A stretch of DNA of 64,000 nt from Rikenellaceae bacterium (lineage in GTDB: Bacteria; Bacteroidota; Bacteroidia; Bacteroidales; Rikenellaceae), in the NCBI GenBank assembly GCA_044433415.1, contig JAWXTP010000002.1, positions 5,041-69,040 of the forward strand. Reading direction: 5' to 3'. The position numbers and the translations under genes are program-made. The notes beneath the pieces were generated by a model. That model saw only the letters and a list, made by a program, of their open reading frames with translations. It had not been told where the DNA came from and ran no database searches. Shown here in pieces: positions 48,599-56,581 of this stretch (position 1 is its first letter; the number at the start of each line of letters is the position of its first letter).

Positions 48599-51106
48599 AT
48601 GAAATTAAAAAACATCTTCTTTACTACACTGCTTACTGTCACGGCATTAGCGACACAAGCTCAAGAACTAAGGAGCGTGAAACTACTCGAAAGAGGTTGG
48701 AAATTCTCGCGCCAAGAGGATTCAAGTTTTACCAATCCTGAGTTTAATGATACGGAGTGGCAATCGGTTGTAGTGCCTCATGACTGGGCTATCTATGGTC
48801 CATTTAGTATACACAATGACCAACAAAATGTTGCAATTACCCAAGACGGACAAGAGCAGGCAATGGAGCACGCTGGACGTACGGGAGGTCTTCCATTTGT
48901 TGGAGTTGGGCAGTATCGACTACAATTTGAAGCTCCTGAATTTGAGAAAGGCAAGAAAGCAACTATTATTTTTGACGGAGCTATGAGCAATGCTCAAGTT
49001 TATCTGAATGGTCAAGAAGTTGGTAACTGGCCTAATGGTTACAACTCCTTCCATTTTGATGTGACTAAGTATATGAAAGCAGGTGAGGTTAATACACTAG
49101 CTGTACGCCTTGAAAACTCTAATGAGTCATCTAGGTGGTATCCAGGTGCAGGTCTTTATCGCAATGTGCATTTTGTGGTTACCCAAGATGCTTATATCCC
49201 TGTTTGGGGAACTCAATTGACTACTCCTGTTGTGGAAAAAGATTTTGCAAAGGTTGATTTGCAAACTGAGATTTCAATTCCTGATATTGACAATTTTGCG
49301 GATTACAGTATTGAAACTCAGATTATTGACGCTAACAGCAAGGTAATTGCTGAGAATAAATCACAGCTTACTAAATATAGTAAAGATAAATTCCAACAAG
49401 AACTCTATATCGAAAACCCTCAGTTGTGGCACATGGATAGTCCTTATCTTTATAGTGCAGTTTCTAAGGTATATAAGGGCAGCCAACTGAAAGATGAATA
49501 TACTACAAAATTTGGTGTCAGAACAATTGAAATCAAACCAGGTGAGGGTTTCTTCCTAAACGGCGAAAAAATTAGATTCCAAGGAGTTTGTAACCACCAC
49601 GACTTAGGTCCATTGGGAGGTATCTCAAACGAGGCTGGTATCCGTCGTCAGGTACGTATAATGAAGGATATGGGGGTTAATGCTATCCGCACATCACACA
49701 ATATGCCTGCTCCTGAGCTTGTACAGGCGTGTGATGAAATGGGTATGATGTTGATGGCTGAATCATTCGACGAGTGGGCTACTCCTAAAGTAATTAACGG
49801 TTATCACAAATATTTTGAGGAGTGGGTTGAGCGCGACCTAGTAAACCTGATTCGTCACTACCGCAATAGTCCTAGTATTGTGATGTGGTGTATTGGTAAT
49901 GAAGTACCAGACCAATGGAAACCAGAAGCTGCTGCTAAATTGGCTCGTAGACTTCAAGATATCTGCCACCGTGAAGACCCTACTCGCCCTGTAACTCAGG
50001 GTATGGATGCTCCAGATCAAGTAGTGAGTAACAATATGGCTGCTGTGATGGATGTAGCGGGCTTTAATTACCGTCCTCATAAATATCAAGAGAATTATAT
50101 TAAACTTCCTCAAGAGATTATTCTAGGTTCAGAGACTGCTTCAACTGTAAGTTCGCGCGGTGTGTATAAATTCCCTGTAGTGCGCTCGTCAATGAAAAAA
50201 TATGAGGATCACACATCCTCGTCTTATGATGTAGAGCATTGCGGTTGGAGTAACCTACCTGAGGATGATTTTATCCACCAAGAGGATTTGGATTACTGTA
50301 TTGGTGAATTTGTTTGGACTGGGTTTGACTACTTGGGTGAGCCTACACCATACTATACTGACTGGCCTAGCCACTCATCTCTATTTGGGATTGTTGACCT
50401 AGCTGGTTTACCTAAAGATCGCTACTATCTATATCGTAGCCATTGGAACAAAAAGGAAGAGACACTTCATATCCTACCACACTGGGACTGGAAAGGTCGT
50501 GAAGGTGAGATAACTCCTGTGTTTGTTTACACTTCATACCCTTCAGCAGAGCTATTTATCAATGGTAAGAGCCAAGGTGTACAGACTAAAGATTTGTCAG
50601 TTACAATCAACGAAAGTGCTGACGAAAAGTCGATGGCAGAATTCGAACGTCAGAAACGTTACCGCTTGATGTGGATGGATACTAAATATGAGGCAGGTGA
50701 AGTTAAGGTTGTGGCTTATGATAAAGATGGCAAGGTTGCTGACGAAGCTATAGTTCGCACTTCAGGTAAACCATATCAGATTGAGTTGGTGGCTGACCGT
50801 GATGTAATTAAGGCCAATGGTAAAGACTTATCATTTGTAACAGTAAGAGTGCTTGACAAGGACGGCAACTTCTGTGCTACACTAACTGACGAGATTACTT
50901 TCAAGGTTAAGGGACAAGGTAGCTATCGTGCAGGTGCAAATGGCAACTCAGCTTCCTTAGAGTCATTCCAAGAACCTAAAATGAAACTATTTAGCGGTAT
51001 GATGACTGCAATTGTAGAGTCTACTGATGATGCAGGTGAGATTGTATTGGAAGCAACTGCTAAAGGCTTACGTAAGGGTACAATTGTAATTAAGACTACT
51101 AAATAA
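48599..51106 (+). CDS. Secreted glycoside hydrolase family 2 (beta-galactosidase-like)
   Basis: It has the signal peptide MKLKNIFFTTLLTVTALATQAQ, GH2 sugar-binding and TIM regions NHHDLGPLG and IRTSHNMP, an acid/base WCIGNEV, and GSETAS. Confidence 0.9.
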   Translation: MKLKNIFFTTLLTVTALATQAQELRSVKLLERGWKFSRQEDSSFTNPEFNDTEWQSVVVPHDWAIYGPFSIHNDQQNVAITQDGQEQAMEHAGRTGGLPFVGVGQYRLQFEAPEFEKGKKATIIFDGAMSNAQVYLNGQEVGNWPNGYNSFHFDVTKYMKAGEVNTLAVRLENSNESSRWYPGAGLYRNVHFVVTQDAYIPVWGTQLTTPVVEKDFAKVDLQTEISIPDIDNFADYSIETQIIDANSKVIAENKSQLTKYSKDKFQQELYIENPQLWHMDSPYLYSAVSKVYKGSQLKDEYTTKFGVRTIEIKPGEGFFLNGEKIRFQGVCNHHDLGPLGGISNEAGIRRQVRIMKDMGVNAIRTSHNMPAPELVQACDEMGMMLMAESFDEWATPKVINGYHKYFEEWVERDLVNLIRHYRNSPSIVMWCIGNEVPDQWKPEAAAKLARRLQDICHREDPTRPVTQGMDAPDQVVSNNMAAVMDVAGFNYRPHKYQENYIKLPQEIILGSETASTVSSRGVYKFPVVRSSMKKYEDHTSSSYDVEHCGWSNLPEDDFIHQEDLDYCIGEFVWTGFDYLGEPTPYYTDWPSHSSLFGIVDLAGLPKDRYYLYRSHWNKKEETLHILPHWDWKGREGEITPVFVYTSYPSAELFINGKSQGVQTKDLSVTINESADEKSMAEFERQKRYRLMWMDTKYEAGEVKVVAYDKDGKVADEAIVRTSGKPYQIELVADRDVIKANGKDLSFVTVRVLDKDGNFCATLTDEITFKVKGQGSYRAGANGNSASLESFQEPKMKLFSGMMTAIVESTDDAGEIVLEATAKGLRKGTIVIKTTK

Positions 51107-51130
51107 TTAAAGTATCACTTACAGGCTTTA

Positions 51131-51192
51131 AAACTTTGCAGTTACCCCCATTTTGGCACTTTCGACCCAAAATGGGGGTAACTGCAAAGTTT
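51131..51192. terminator. 26-bp perfect inverted repeat (likely bidirectional terminator) between GH2 (+) and the kinase gene (-)
   Basis: AAACTTTGCAGTTACCCCCATTTTGG (51131-51156) pairs with CCAAAATGGGGGTAACTGCAAAGTTT (51167-51192) around a 10-nt loop. Confidence 0.7.
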
Positions 51193-51309
51193 CGTTTAAC
51201 ACTTTTTTGAAAAAAGTGAACAAAAACTCGCCTTCAGTTGCTCTTCGAGACAACTGAGTGCACAATTTTTACAAAATTGTGGGCAATTACCGAAAACTTA
51301 AAGTTTCCG

Positions 51310-52827
51310 CTAATCGCCTATTTTAGCAATCAAACCTGTGACTTTTATAAATGATTCAAGCAATTTATCATACTCTTCCTTATTACTTAAAGTTGAAGTA
51401 TAGTAAGTTTGCTCTTGGTGTAAACTATCTATTATGTCATATCCATTCCATATTCCTACTCCGTTGAATGCTAGTGCAGCAGCTCCTATTGTTGCAGCCA
51501 TTTGATCTACATTAGTTTTTAGTATATCTATTCCATATATATCTGCAAAAAGCTGCATCCAAAATTGGCTTTTAGCTCCTCCTCCAACGATAAGCATCTG
51601 TTTTATATCAGGGCAAAATGTTGCAAGCACATCAAGTGCTACACGTAAATTAAGGGCTATTCCTTCCATTGTTGCACGTGCTATATCTTCACGGCTATGC
51701 TTAAGTCTAAGACCTACGAAAGCGCCGCTAATAGCAGGTGACGGTTCTATTGAAGAGCCTCCAGACAAACTTGGATTAAACATTAATCCCTTAGCTCCCA
51801 AAGGTGACTGTGCTGCTAACTTCCCTATTTCTGTATAAGAATCTTTAATTTTACCCAACTTCTCACTCTCTACTAAGTCTGCAAAAATATTGTTGCGAAC
51901 CCATTGTAAAGAACTTCCAGCAGAAAAAATACATAGTGCCGAAGCGTACATACCTTTTAATACATGCGCAAATACATAAGGCTTATACTGAAAATCTATT
52001 ATTGGCTGATTATCAACAACTGCTATCCATGATGAACTACCCAACGACGTATAAGTCCTAGCAGGCACTATACCTTTAGCACCCAACGCCATACATGAAT
52101 TATCTACTCCTCCACAAACTACAACTGTACCTTCTTTCAGCCCTGTTTCTTGTGCTGCTGCAAGCGTTACTTTCCCCACTACAGCATCAGAATTAATAAT
52201 CTCAGGTAAGATAGATTTATCTATAGCAGAACCTTCCACGAAACTTTGTTCATAAACCCATTCCTTAAGGTTATACACTCCTGTACCCGAAGCATAAGAG
52301 TAATCAGTACAAAGTCTTCCAGTGAATTTGTAGTTACAGTAATCTTTTGTGCCTATAACTTTGTCTATTTTAGCATACATACTAGGTTCGTTGTCACGAT
52401 ACCACATTATCTTAAAAACAGAATAGCAAGCAGCAGGAAAACCACAACCAGAAATAGTATACCATTCCTTATAATCAACTTTTTTAAAAAAGTCTTCTAC
52501 TTGTTTGGTTGCTCTTTGGTCTGACCATATAGGTGTTGTACTGCGTAAAAGTTCGCCATCTTTACCTATAGGCACAACACCAAGACTATGACCTGAAATA
52601 GCTAAAGATTTAATATCTTCTGGGGCGATATTTGAGCTTGACAACAACTTCTTTGTTGTAGATTTCACAGCCTCCCACCAATGTTCTGGGGCTTGATCTT
52701 GCCAATCTGCACATGGGAAATAGGTATCATAAGGGGCAAAAGTGCTCTCACAGACAACGCCTGTTTCTGCAACCAGCGATGCCTTTATGCCTCCTGTACC
52801 TAGGTCATAAGCTATTACATAGTTCAT
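51310..52827 (-). CDS. FGGY-family carbohydrate kinase (xylulokinase-like)
   Basis: It has the N-terminal AYDLGTGGIKA and a C-terminal VGGGAKS. The ATGA overlap with the upstream deoC stop (52827-52824) suggests translational coupling. Confidence 0.88.
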   Translation of the reverse strand: MNYVIAYDLGTGGIKASLVAETGVVCESTFAPYDTYFPCADWQDQAPEHWWEAVKSTTKKLLSSSNIAPEDIKSLAISGHSLGVVPIGKDGELLRSTTPIWSDQRATKQVEDFFKKVDYKEWYTISGCGFPAACYSVFKIMWYRDNEPSMYAKIDKVIGTKDYCNYKFTGRLCTDYSYASGTGVYNLKEWVYEQSFVEGSAIDKSILPEIINSDAVVGKVTLAAAQETGLKEGTVVVCGGVDNSCMALGAKGIVPARTYTSLGSSSWIAVVDNQPIIDFQYKPYVFAHVLKGMYASALCIFSAGSSLQWVRNNIFADLVESEKLGKIKDSYTEIGKLAAQSPLGAKGLMFNPSLSGGSSIEPSPAISGAFVGLRLKHSREDIARATMEGIALNLRVALDVLATFCPDIKQMLIVGGGAKSQFWMQLFADIYGIDILKTNVDQMAATIGAAALAFNGVGIWNGYDIIDSLHQEQTYYTSTLSNKEEYDKLLESFIKVTGLIAKIGD

Positions 52828-53501
52828 AATTTATCATTTTTTTCTGCCTGCTTCATAATTTCAAGAGCTGAGTTATAGCCTATACCAAAGCGTGACACTC
52901 CTAGTGAATGCATCTCTAGTAAAGTATCTAAATCGCGAACTCCCCCTGCAACCTTAACTAAAATATTATCTCCTACAGTTTGTTTTATTAGTTTCACATG
53001 ATGCATAGTTGTAGCACCTGCCCAGCCTGTACCAGTTTTCACAAAAGTTGCTCCACATTCCATAACTATTTTTGAAGCTGTAACAATCTCTTCGTCAGTC
53101 AGTAGCGCCACTTCAATAATTACTTTTAACGGTATCGTCAAAACGGCCTCTTTTACCTTTAAAATATCTTCACGTACTTCATCTAGTAAACCTGATTTAA
53201 GTTTACCTATATTAATTACCATATCTATCTCATCGCATCCTTTATATATTAACTCATAAGCTTGAAAAACTTTACATGCTGTAGTTTCAGAGCCTGAAGG
53301 AAAACCAACAACGCCTCCACAAAGGACACTAGGCATTTGTCTCATCTGTTTTGAGATATTATCTACCATAGAAGGCATTGCGAACACACAGATAAAATCA
53401 TGTTGTTTAGCTGCCTCAATAACTTCATTAACTTCTTTAAGTGTTGAATCAGCACGTACAGCGCTAATATCAATTAATCTTGCAATTTCGTGTTTTGTCA
53501 T
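52824..53501 (-). CDS. deoC: Deoxyribose-phosphate aldolase family class I aldolase
   Basis: The protein is 225 aa. It carries IDISAV, the Schiff-base lysine context FVKTGTGW, and KVAGGVRD. Confidence 0.85.
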   Translation of the reverse strand: MTKHEIARLIDISAVRADSTLKEVNEVIEAAKQHDFICVFAMPSMVDNISKQMRQMPSVLCGGVVGFPSGSETTACKVFQAYELIYKGCDEIDMVINIGKLKSGLLDEVREDILKVKEAVLTIPLKVIIEVALLTDEEIVTASKIVMECGATFVKTGTGWAGATTMHHVKLIKQTVGDNILVKVAGGVRDLDTLLEMHSLGVSRFGIGYNSALEIMKQAEKNDKL

Positions 53502-53520
53502 TATATAGTATTTTATTTAA

Positions 53521-54291
53521 TTAAATAGATGTATATCCTCCATCAACTACAACATCGCTACCTGTAGCATATCCTGAAGCTGCACTTGCTAAGAAGACAT
53601 AAGCTCCAACAAGGTCAGCAGGAGTTCCTAATCTATCAGCAGGTATATCTTTTAACCATAAAGGGTGCATATCTTTCATTTCAGCCACTAATTCTGTTGC
53701 AATATAGCCAGGACTCACACAATTCACTCTAATTCCGTATTTCGCCCATTCTACAGCTAGTGATTTGGTTAATAAAATCACACCACCTTTAGATGCACAA
53801 TAATTTGCTATTGTTTGAGGTCTATTTACGATATGCCCTGACATAGAAGCTGTATTTATGATAGAGCCTTTAGTTCCTTTTTTAATCATTAATTTTGCTG
53901 CTGCTTGTGCAGTTAGAAAGACCCCATTTAAATTAACGTCTACTACTTTTTTGAATGCTTCGGCTGAGATTTCCTCTGCTGGGATTACGTTAGCGATACC
54001 GGCATTATTAACTGCAAAATCTATACTACCAAATTCTTTTTCGTATATATCTATCATCTGTTGCACACTGTCTCCAGAAGTCACATCACACTCTATAGCT
54101 ATACACTTAACTCCATATTTAGAAGCTATTTCGTTAGCTGTAATTTGTGCCTGTTTTATATCTATTTCTACAATTGCAATATTAGCACCCAAGTCAGCAT
54201 AAGCCTCTGCTATACATTTCCCGATTCCACGTGCTGCACCCGTAATGAATCCTTGTTTTGATTTTAAAGAAAAAAGGTCGATAGTTCTCAT
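53521..54291 (-). CDS. Short-chain dehydrogenase/reductase
   Basis: It has the cofactor motif TGAARGIG, NNAG and the catalytic YCASKGG. Confidence 0.9.
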   Translation of the reverse strand: MRTIDLFSLKSKQGFITGAARGIGKCIAEAYADLGANIAIVEIDIKQAQITANEIASKYGVKCIAIECDVTSGDSVQQMIDIYEKEFGSIDFAVNNAGIANVIPAEEISAEAFKKVVDVNLNGVFLTAQAAAKLMIKKGTKGSIINTASMSGHIVNRPQTIANYCASKGGVILLTKSLAVEWAKYGIRVNCVSPGYIATELVAEMKDMHPLWLKDIPADRLGTPADLVGAYVFLASAASGYATGSDVVVDGGYTSI

Positions 54292-54369
54292 AATTTAAAT
54301 TTTATGGGGTAAGTATTGATTTATTATAAGTCAGCAATTTGTTCATTGCATTATTATAACCATTTTACG

Positions 54370-54377
54370 CAAAGTTA
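54370..54377 (-). promoter_or_regulatory. -7 box TAacTTTG (minus strand) upstream of the SDR-deoC-kinase operon
   Basis: The plus-strand CAAAGTTA at 54370-54377 lies 79 nt upstream of the SDR ATG (54291). It is embedded in TTTACGCAAAGTTACGTAAA. Confidence 0.45.
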
Positions 54378-54484
54378 CGTAAATTTATCATTTTAACAAC
54401 AATAATACAAACTATTTTTAAGCACCGCAATTTAGTAATTTACAGCTGAGTAACAAAACATATGACCTTATGATTTAACATGGA

Positions 54485-54552
54485 GTCAGGGCATCTTTTT
54501 TTTGTTAGATTGAATGAAATTGAATGAAATTGCATAAAATTGTATGAAAAAA
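54485..54552. repeat. Direct repeat copy 1 (GTCAGGGCATCTTTTTTTTGTTAGATTG...) containing four tandem decamers ATTGWATGAA
   Basis: It matches 54781-54827. The decamers lie at 54509-54548 (ATTGAATGAA, ATTGAATGAA, ATTGCATAAA, ATTGTATGAA). Confidence 0.8.
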
Positions 54553-54554
54553 GG

Positions 54555-54779
54555 GGTCTTTCTCAAAATGTGTTGTAAAATATTTAACGATTATTTAGTT
54601 GCTTGTCGTTATTAAACACTACTATTATTGATAATAAGAAAAACTTTGTTTTTAAAATGTTCTACAGGATTCCGCATTAATATTTTGAACTATTTAGTGT
54701 TAAAAATAAAACATTTTTCTTGTACAGACTTACAAATATACTAGCTTAAGACCCCAAAACACACATTTTGAGAAAGACC
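54555..54779. other. Inverton-like segment: perfect 19-bp inverted repeats flanking 187 bp
   Basis: GGTCTTTCTCAAAATGTGT (54555-54573) and ACACATTTTGAGAAAGACC (54761-54779) are exact reverse complements. An internal consensus -7 box lies on the minus strand. Confidence 0.6.
54733..54740 (-). promoter_or_regulatory. -7 box TAtaTTTG (minus strand) inside the IR-flanked segment
   Basis: The plus-strand CAAATATA at 54733-54740 points toward the SDR operon in the present orientation. Confidence 0.35.
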
Positions 54780-54780
54780 T

Positions 54781-54827
54781 GTCAGGAGCATCTTTTTTGT
54801 TAGATTGTATGAAATTGTATGAAAAAG
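54781..54827. repeat. Direct repeat copy 2 (GTCAGGAGCATCTTTTTTGTTAGATTG...) with two decamers ATTGTATGAA
   Basis: It starts one base after the right inverted repeat. The decamers lie at 54804-54823. Confidence 0.8.
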
Positions 54828-54850
54828 CACCTGCAATTACTTGCAAGTGC
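54821..54850 (-). terminator. Rho-independent terminator of the tRNA gene
   Basis: The minus strand reads GCACTTGCAA-GTAA-TTGCAGGTGC followed by TTTTTC. Confidence 0.8.
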
Positions 54851-54864
54851 TTATCCCACTAATG

Positions 54865-54939
54865 TGGGCCCAACAGGGCTTGAACCTGTGACCCCCTGAT
54901 TATGAGTCAGGTGCTACTAACCAACTGAGCTATAGGCCC
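54865..54939 (-). tRNA. tRNA with anticodon CAT (elongator Met, or Ile2 if lysidine-modified); CCA not encoded
   Basis: A hand-folded cloverleaf of GGGCCTATAGCTCAGTTGGTTAGTAGCACCTGACTCATAATCAGGGGGTCACAGGTTCAAGCCCTGTTGGGCCCA gives a 7-bp acceptor stem (one G-U pair), anticodon loop CTCATAA, T-loop TTCAAGC and discriminator A. Confidence 0.9.
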
Positions 54940-54966
54940 GAGAACTTTTTTTGTTCTTTTACGGTG

Positions 54967-54974
54967 CAAATATA
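54967..54974 (-). promoter_or_regulatory. -7 box TAtaTTTG (minus strand) for the tRNA gene
   Basis: The plus-strand CAAATATA lies 28 nt upstream of the tRNA 5' end. Confidence 0.5.
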
Positions 54975-54982
54975 TATCTTTG
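54975..54982 (+). promoter_or_regulatory. -7 box TAtcTTTG for the HAD-dtd-mazG gene string
   Basis: TATCTTTG directly abuts the divergent tRNA -7 box. The ATG is at 55033. Confidence 0.5.
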
Positions 54983-55032
54983 TAGTGAAATATGCAAATT
55001 TATTAACAAAATTTTTAATTTTTTTTACAGTT

Positions 55033-55665
55033 ATGAAAGGTATTTTAGAAGAATATGGCAATATTGATGCCATTATATTTGATTTAGGAAACGTGTTGCT
55101 AGATATTGATATTCAAAGAAGTATAGACGCTTTTATGGCGTTAAATATAGTCGGATTAAAACCAGAAGATGTTTTCCCATCACCTTTAAAAATTTTTAAA
55201 GATTACGAGACAGGAAAAGTCAGCACCATGCAATTTTTTGACTTTTTTAAAGAAAAATATGGAGTAAAAAACGTCGAAGAAGAAAATTTTTGGGCTGCTT
55301 GGAACGTGCTCTTAAATAATTTTGACCCTAAACGTATAGAACTATTACAAAAACTTGGAAAAAATCACGACCTCTACCTACTTAGCAATACCAATGCTGA
55401 GCATGTGAGATTTATTGGTGAAATGTTTAGAAAACAATTTAAATATGAATTCTGTTCACTTTTTAAAAGATGTTTCTATTCTAATGAGGTTAAATGCAGA
55501 AAACCAGATGCTGAGATTTATCAAAAATTGATAGACCAGACAGGTATAATCCCTGAAAAATCTCTCTTCATAGATGACTTAGAAGCTAATGTTATAGGTG
55601 CAAGAAGATGTGGAATAAATAGTTATTGTTTAAAACAAAATGAAACAATTTTGGATATTTTTTAA
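55033..55665 (+). CDS. HAD-superfamily phosphatase (subfamily IA)
   Basis: Motif I is IIFDLGNVLLD, motif II is LLSNTN and motif IV is FIDDLEANV. I moved the start to ATG 55033 because the track's start at 54964 overlaps the promoter. Confidence 0.85.
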   Translation: MKGILEEYGNIDAIIFDLGNVLLDIDIQRSIDAFMALNIVGLKPEDVFPSPLKIFKDYETGKVSTMQFFDFFKEKYGVKNVEEENFWAAWNVLLNNFDPKRIELLQKLGKNHDLYLLSNTNAEHVRFIGEMFRKQFKYEFCSLFKRCFYSNEVKCRKPDAEIYQKLIDQTGIIPEKSLFIDDLEANVIGARRCGINSYCLKQNETILDIF

Positions 55666-55685
55666 ATAATAACTACATTTGTACT

Positions 55686-56138
55686 ATGAAATTATTAATA
55701 CAAAGAGTTAAAGAGGCTTCGGTTACTATAGATGGGGAGCTTCATTCATCAATAAATAAGGGTTTACTTATTTTTGTAGGCATACAGAGTGATGATACTA
55801 CTGAGGATGTTAAGTGGCTGGTTAATAAATCATTAAAGATGCGCATCTTTGATGATAGTGAGGGTATAATGAATTGTTCTGTGATGGATGTAGATGGTGA
55901 AGTACTTGTTGTAAGTCAGTTTACTCTACAAGCATCTACCAAAAAAGGTAATAGACCATCTTATATAAAAGCAGCTCCTGCTAGCGTTTCTGAACCTATG
56001 TATGAGTTATTTGTAAAAACTGTGGAGGAGGAACTAGAAAAAACTGTTGGACGTGGAAAGTTTGGTGCAGATATGAAAGTTGCTTTAATCAATGATGGAC
56101 CTGTAACGATTATTATGGATTCTAAAAATAAAGAATAA
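55686..56138 (+). CDS. dtd: D-aminoacyl-tRNA deacylase
   Basis: It carries MKLLIQRV...GLLIFVGI...VSQFTL...GNRPS...GADMKVALINDGPVTI, which is canonical Dtd. Confidence 0.95.
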   Translation: MKLLIQRVKEASVTIDGELHSSINKGLLIFVGIQSDDTTEDVKWLVNKSLKMRIFDDSEGIMNCSVMDVDGEVLVVSQFTLQASTKKGNRPSYIKAAPASVSEPMYELFVKTVEEELEKTVGRGKFGADMKVALINDGPVTIIMDSKNKE

Positions 56139-56473
56139 TGAAGATTTCAGAAATGCAATTAGTTGTTGATAGCTGGATAACAAAAGAGGGAGTGAGGTAT
56201 TTCGACCCTATGACTAATCTTGCTATTTTAATGGAGGAGTGCGGAGAATTAGCACGCCTTATGTCACGCACCTATGGAGAACAATCCTTTAAGGAGAGTG
56301 ATAAGGGACGAGAAATTGCAGATGAAATTGCTGACGTTATGTGGGTTCTTACGGCTATTGCTAATCAAACAGGGGTGAATTTGGAGGAGGCCTTGGTAAA
56401 AAATATCAAGAAAAAGAATACTAGAGATAAAAATCGCCATAAGAATAATCAAAAATTGAAAAAGAAATTTTAG
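56138..56473 (+). CDS. MazG-like nucleotide pyrophosphohydrolase (small, single domain)
   Basis: EECGELARLM and ADEIADVMWVL match the EExxE...ExxD MazG motifs. A TAATG overlap links it to dtd. Confidence 0.82.
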   Translation: MKISEMQLVVDSWITKEGVRYFDPMTNLAILMEECGELARLMSRTYGEQSFKESDKGREIADEIADVMWVLTAIANQTGVNLEEALVKNIKKKNTRDKNRHKNNQKLKKKF

Positions 56474-56530
56474 GAAATTTATAAAACTTAAGTAGTATTA
56501 TTTATAAACAATGATTAAGGTGACTCTTTA

Positions 56531-56551
56531 GGGGAGTCTTTAGAAGTTCCC
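56531..56551 (+). repeat. Minimal REP-like palindrome
   Basis: GGGGAGTCTT-TAGAAGTTCCC lies 30 nt before the next ATG. Confidence 0.7.
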
Positions 56552-56581
56552 TATAACCTTAATATAAAAAACAAAATAGAT

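Noticed and set aside
51154-51170. Sigma-54 promoter-like TGGCAC
   Set aside because: No TTGC-type -12 element lies at the required spacing. The word is part of the 26-bp hairpin loop region between convergent genes.
55674-55681. TAcaTTTG box 4 nt before the dtd ATG as a leaderless-mRNA promoter
   Set aside because: The spacing is too short for the expected transcription start. dtd is more simply co-transcribed with the upstream HAD gene. I kept it only as a remote possibility.
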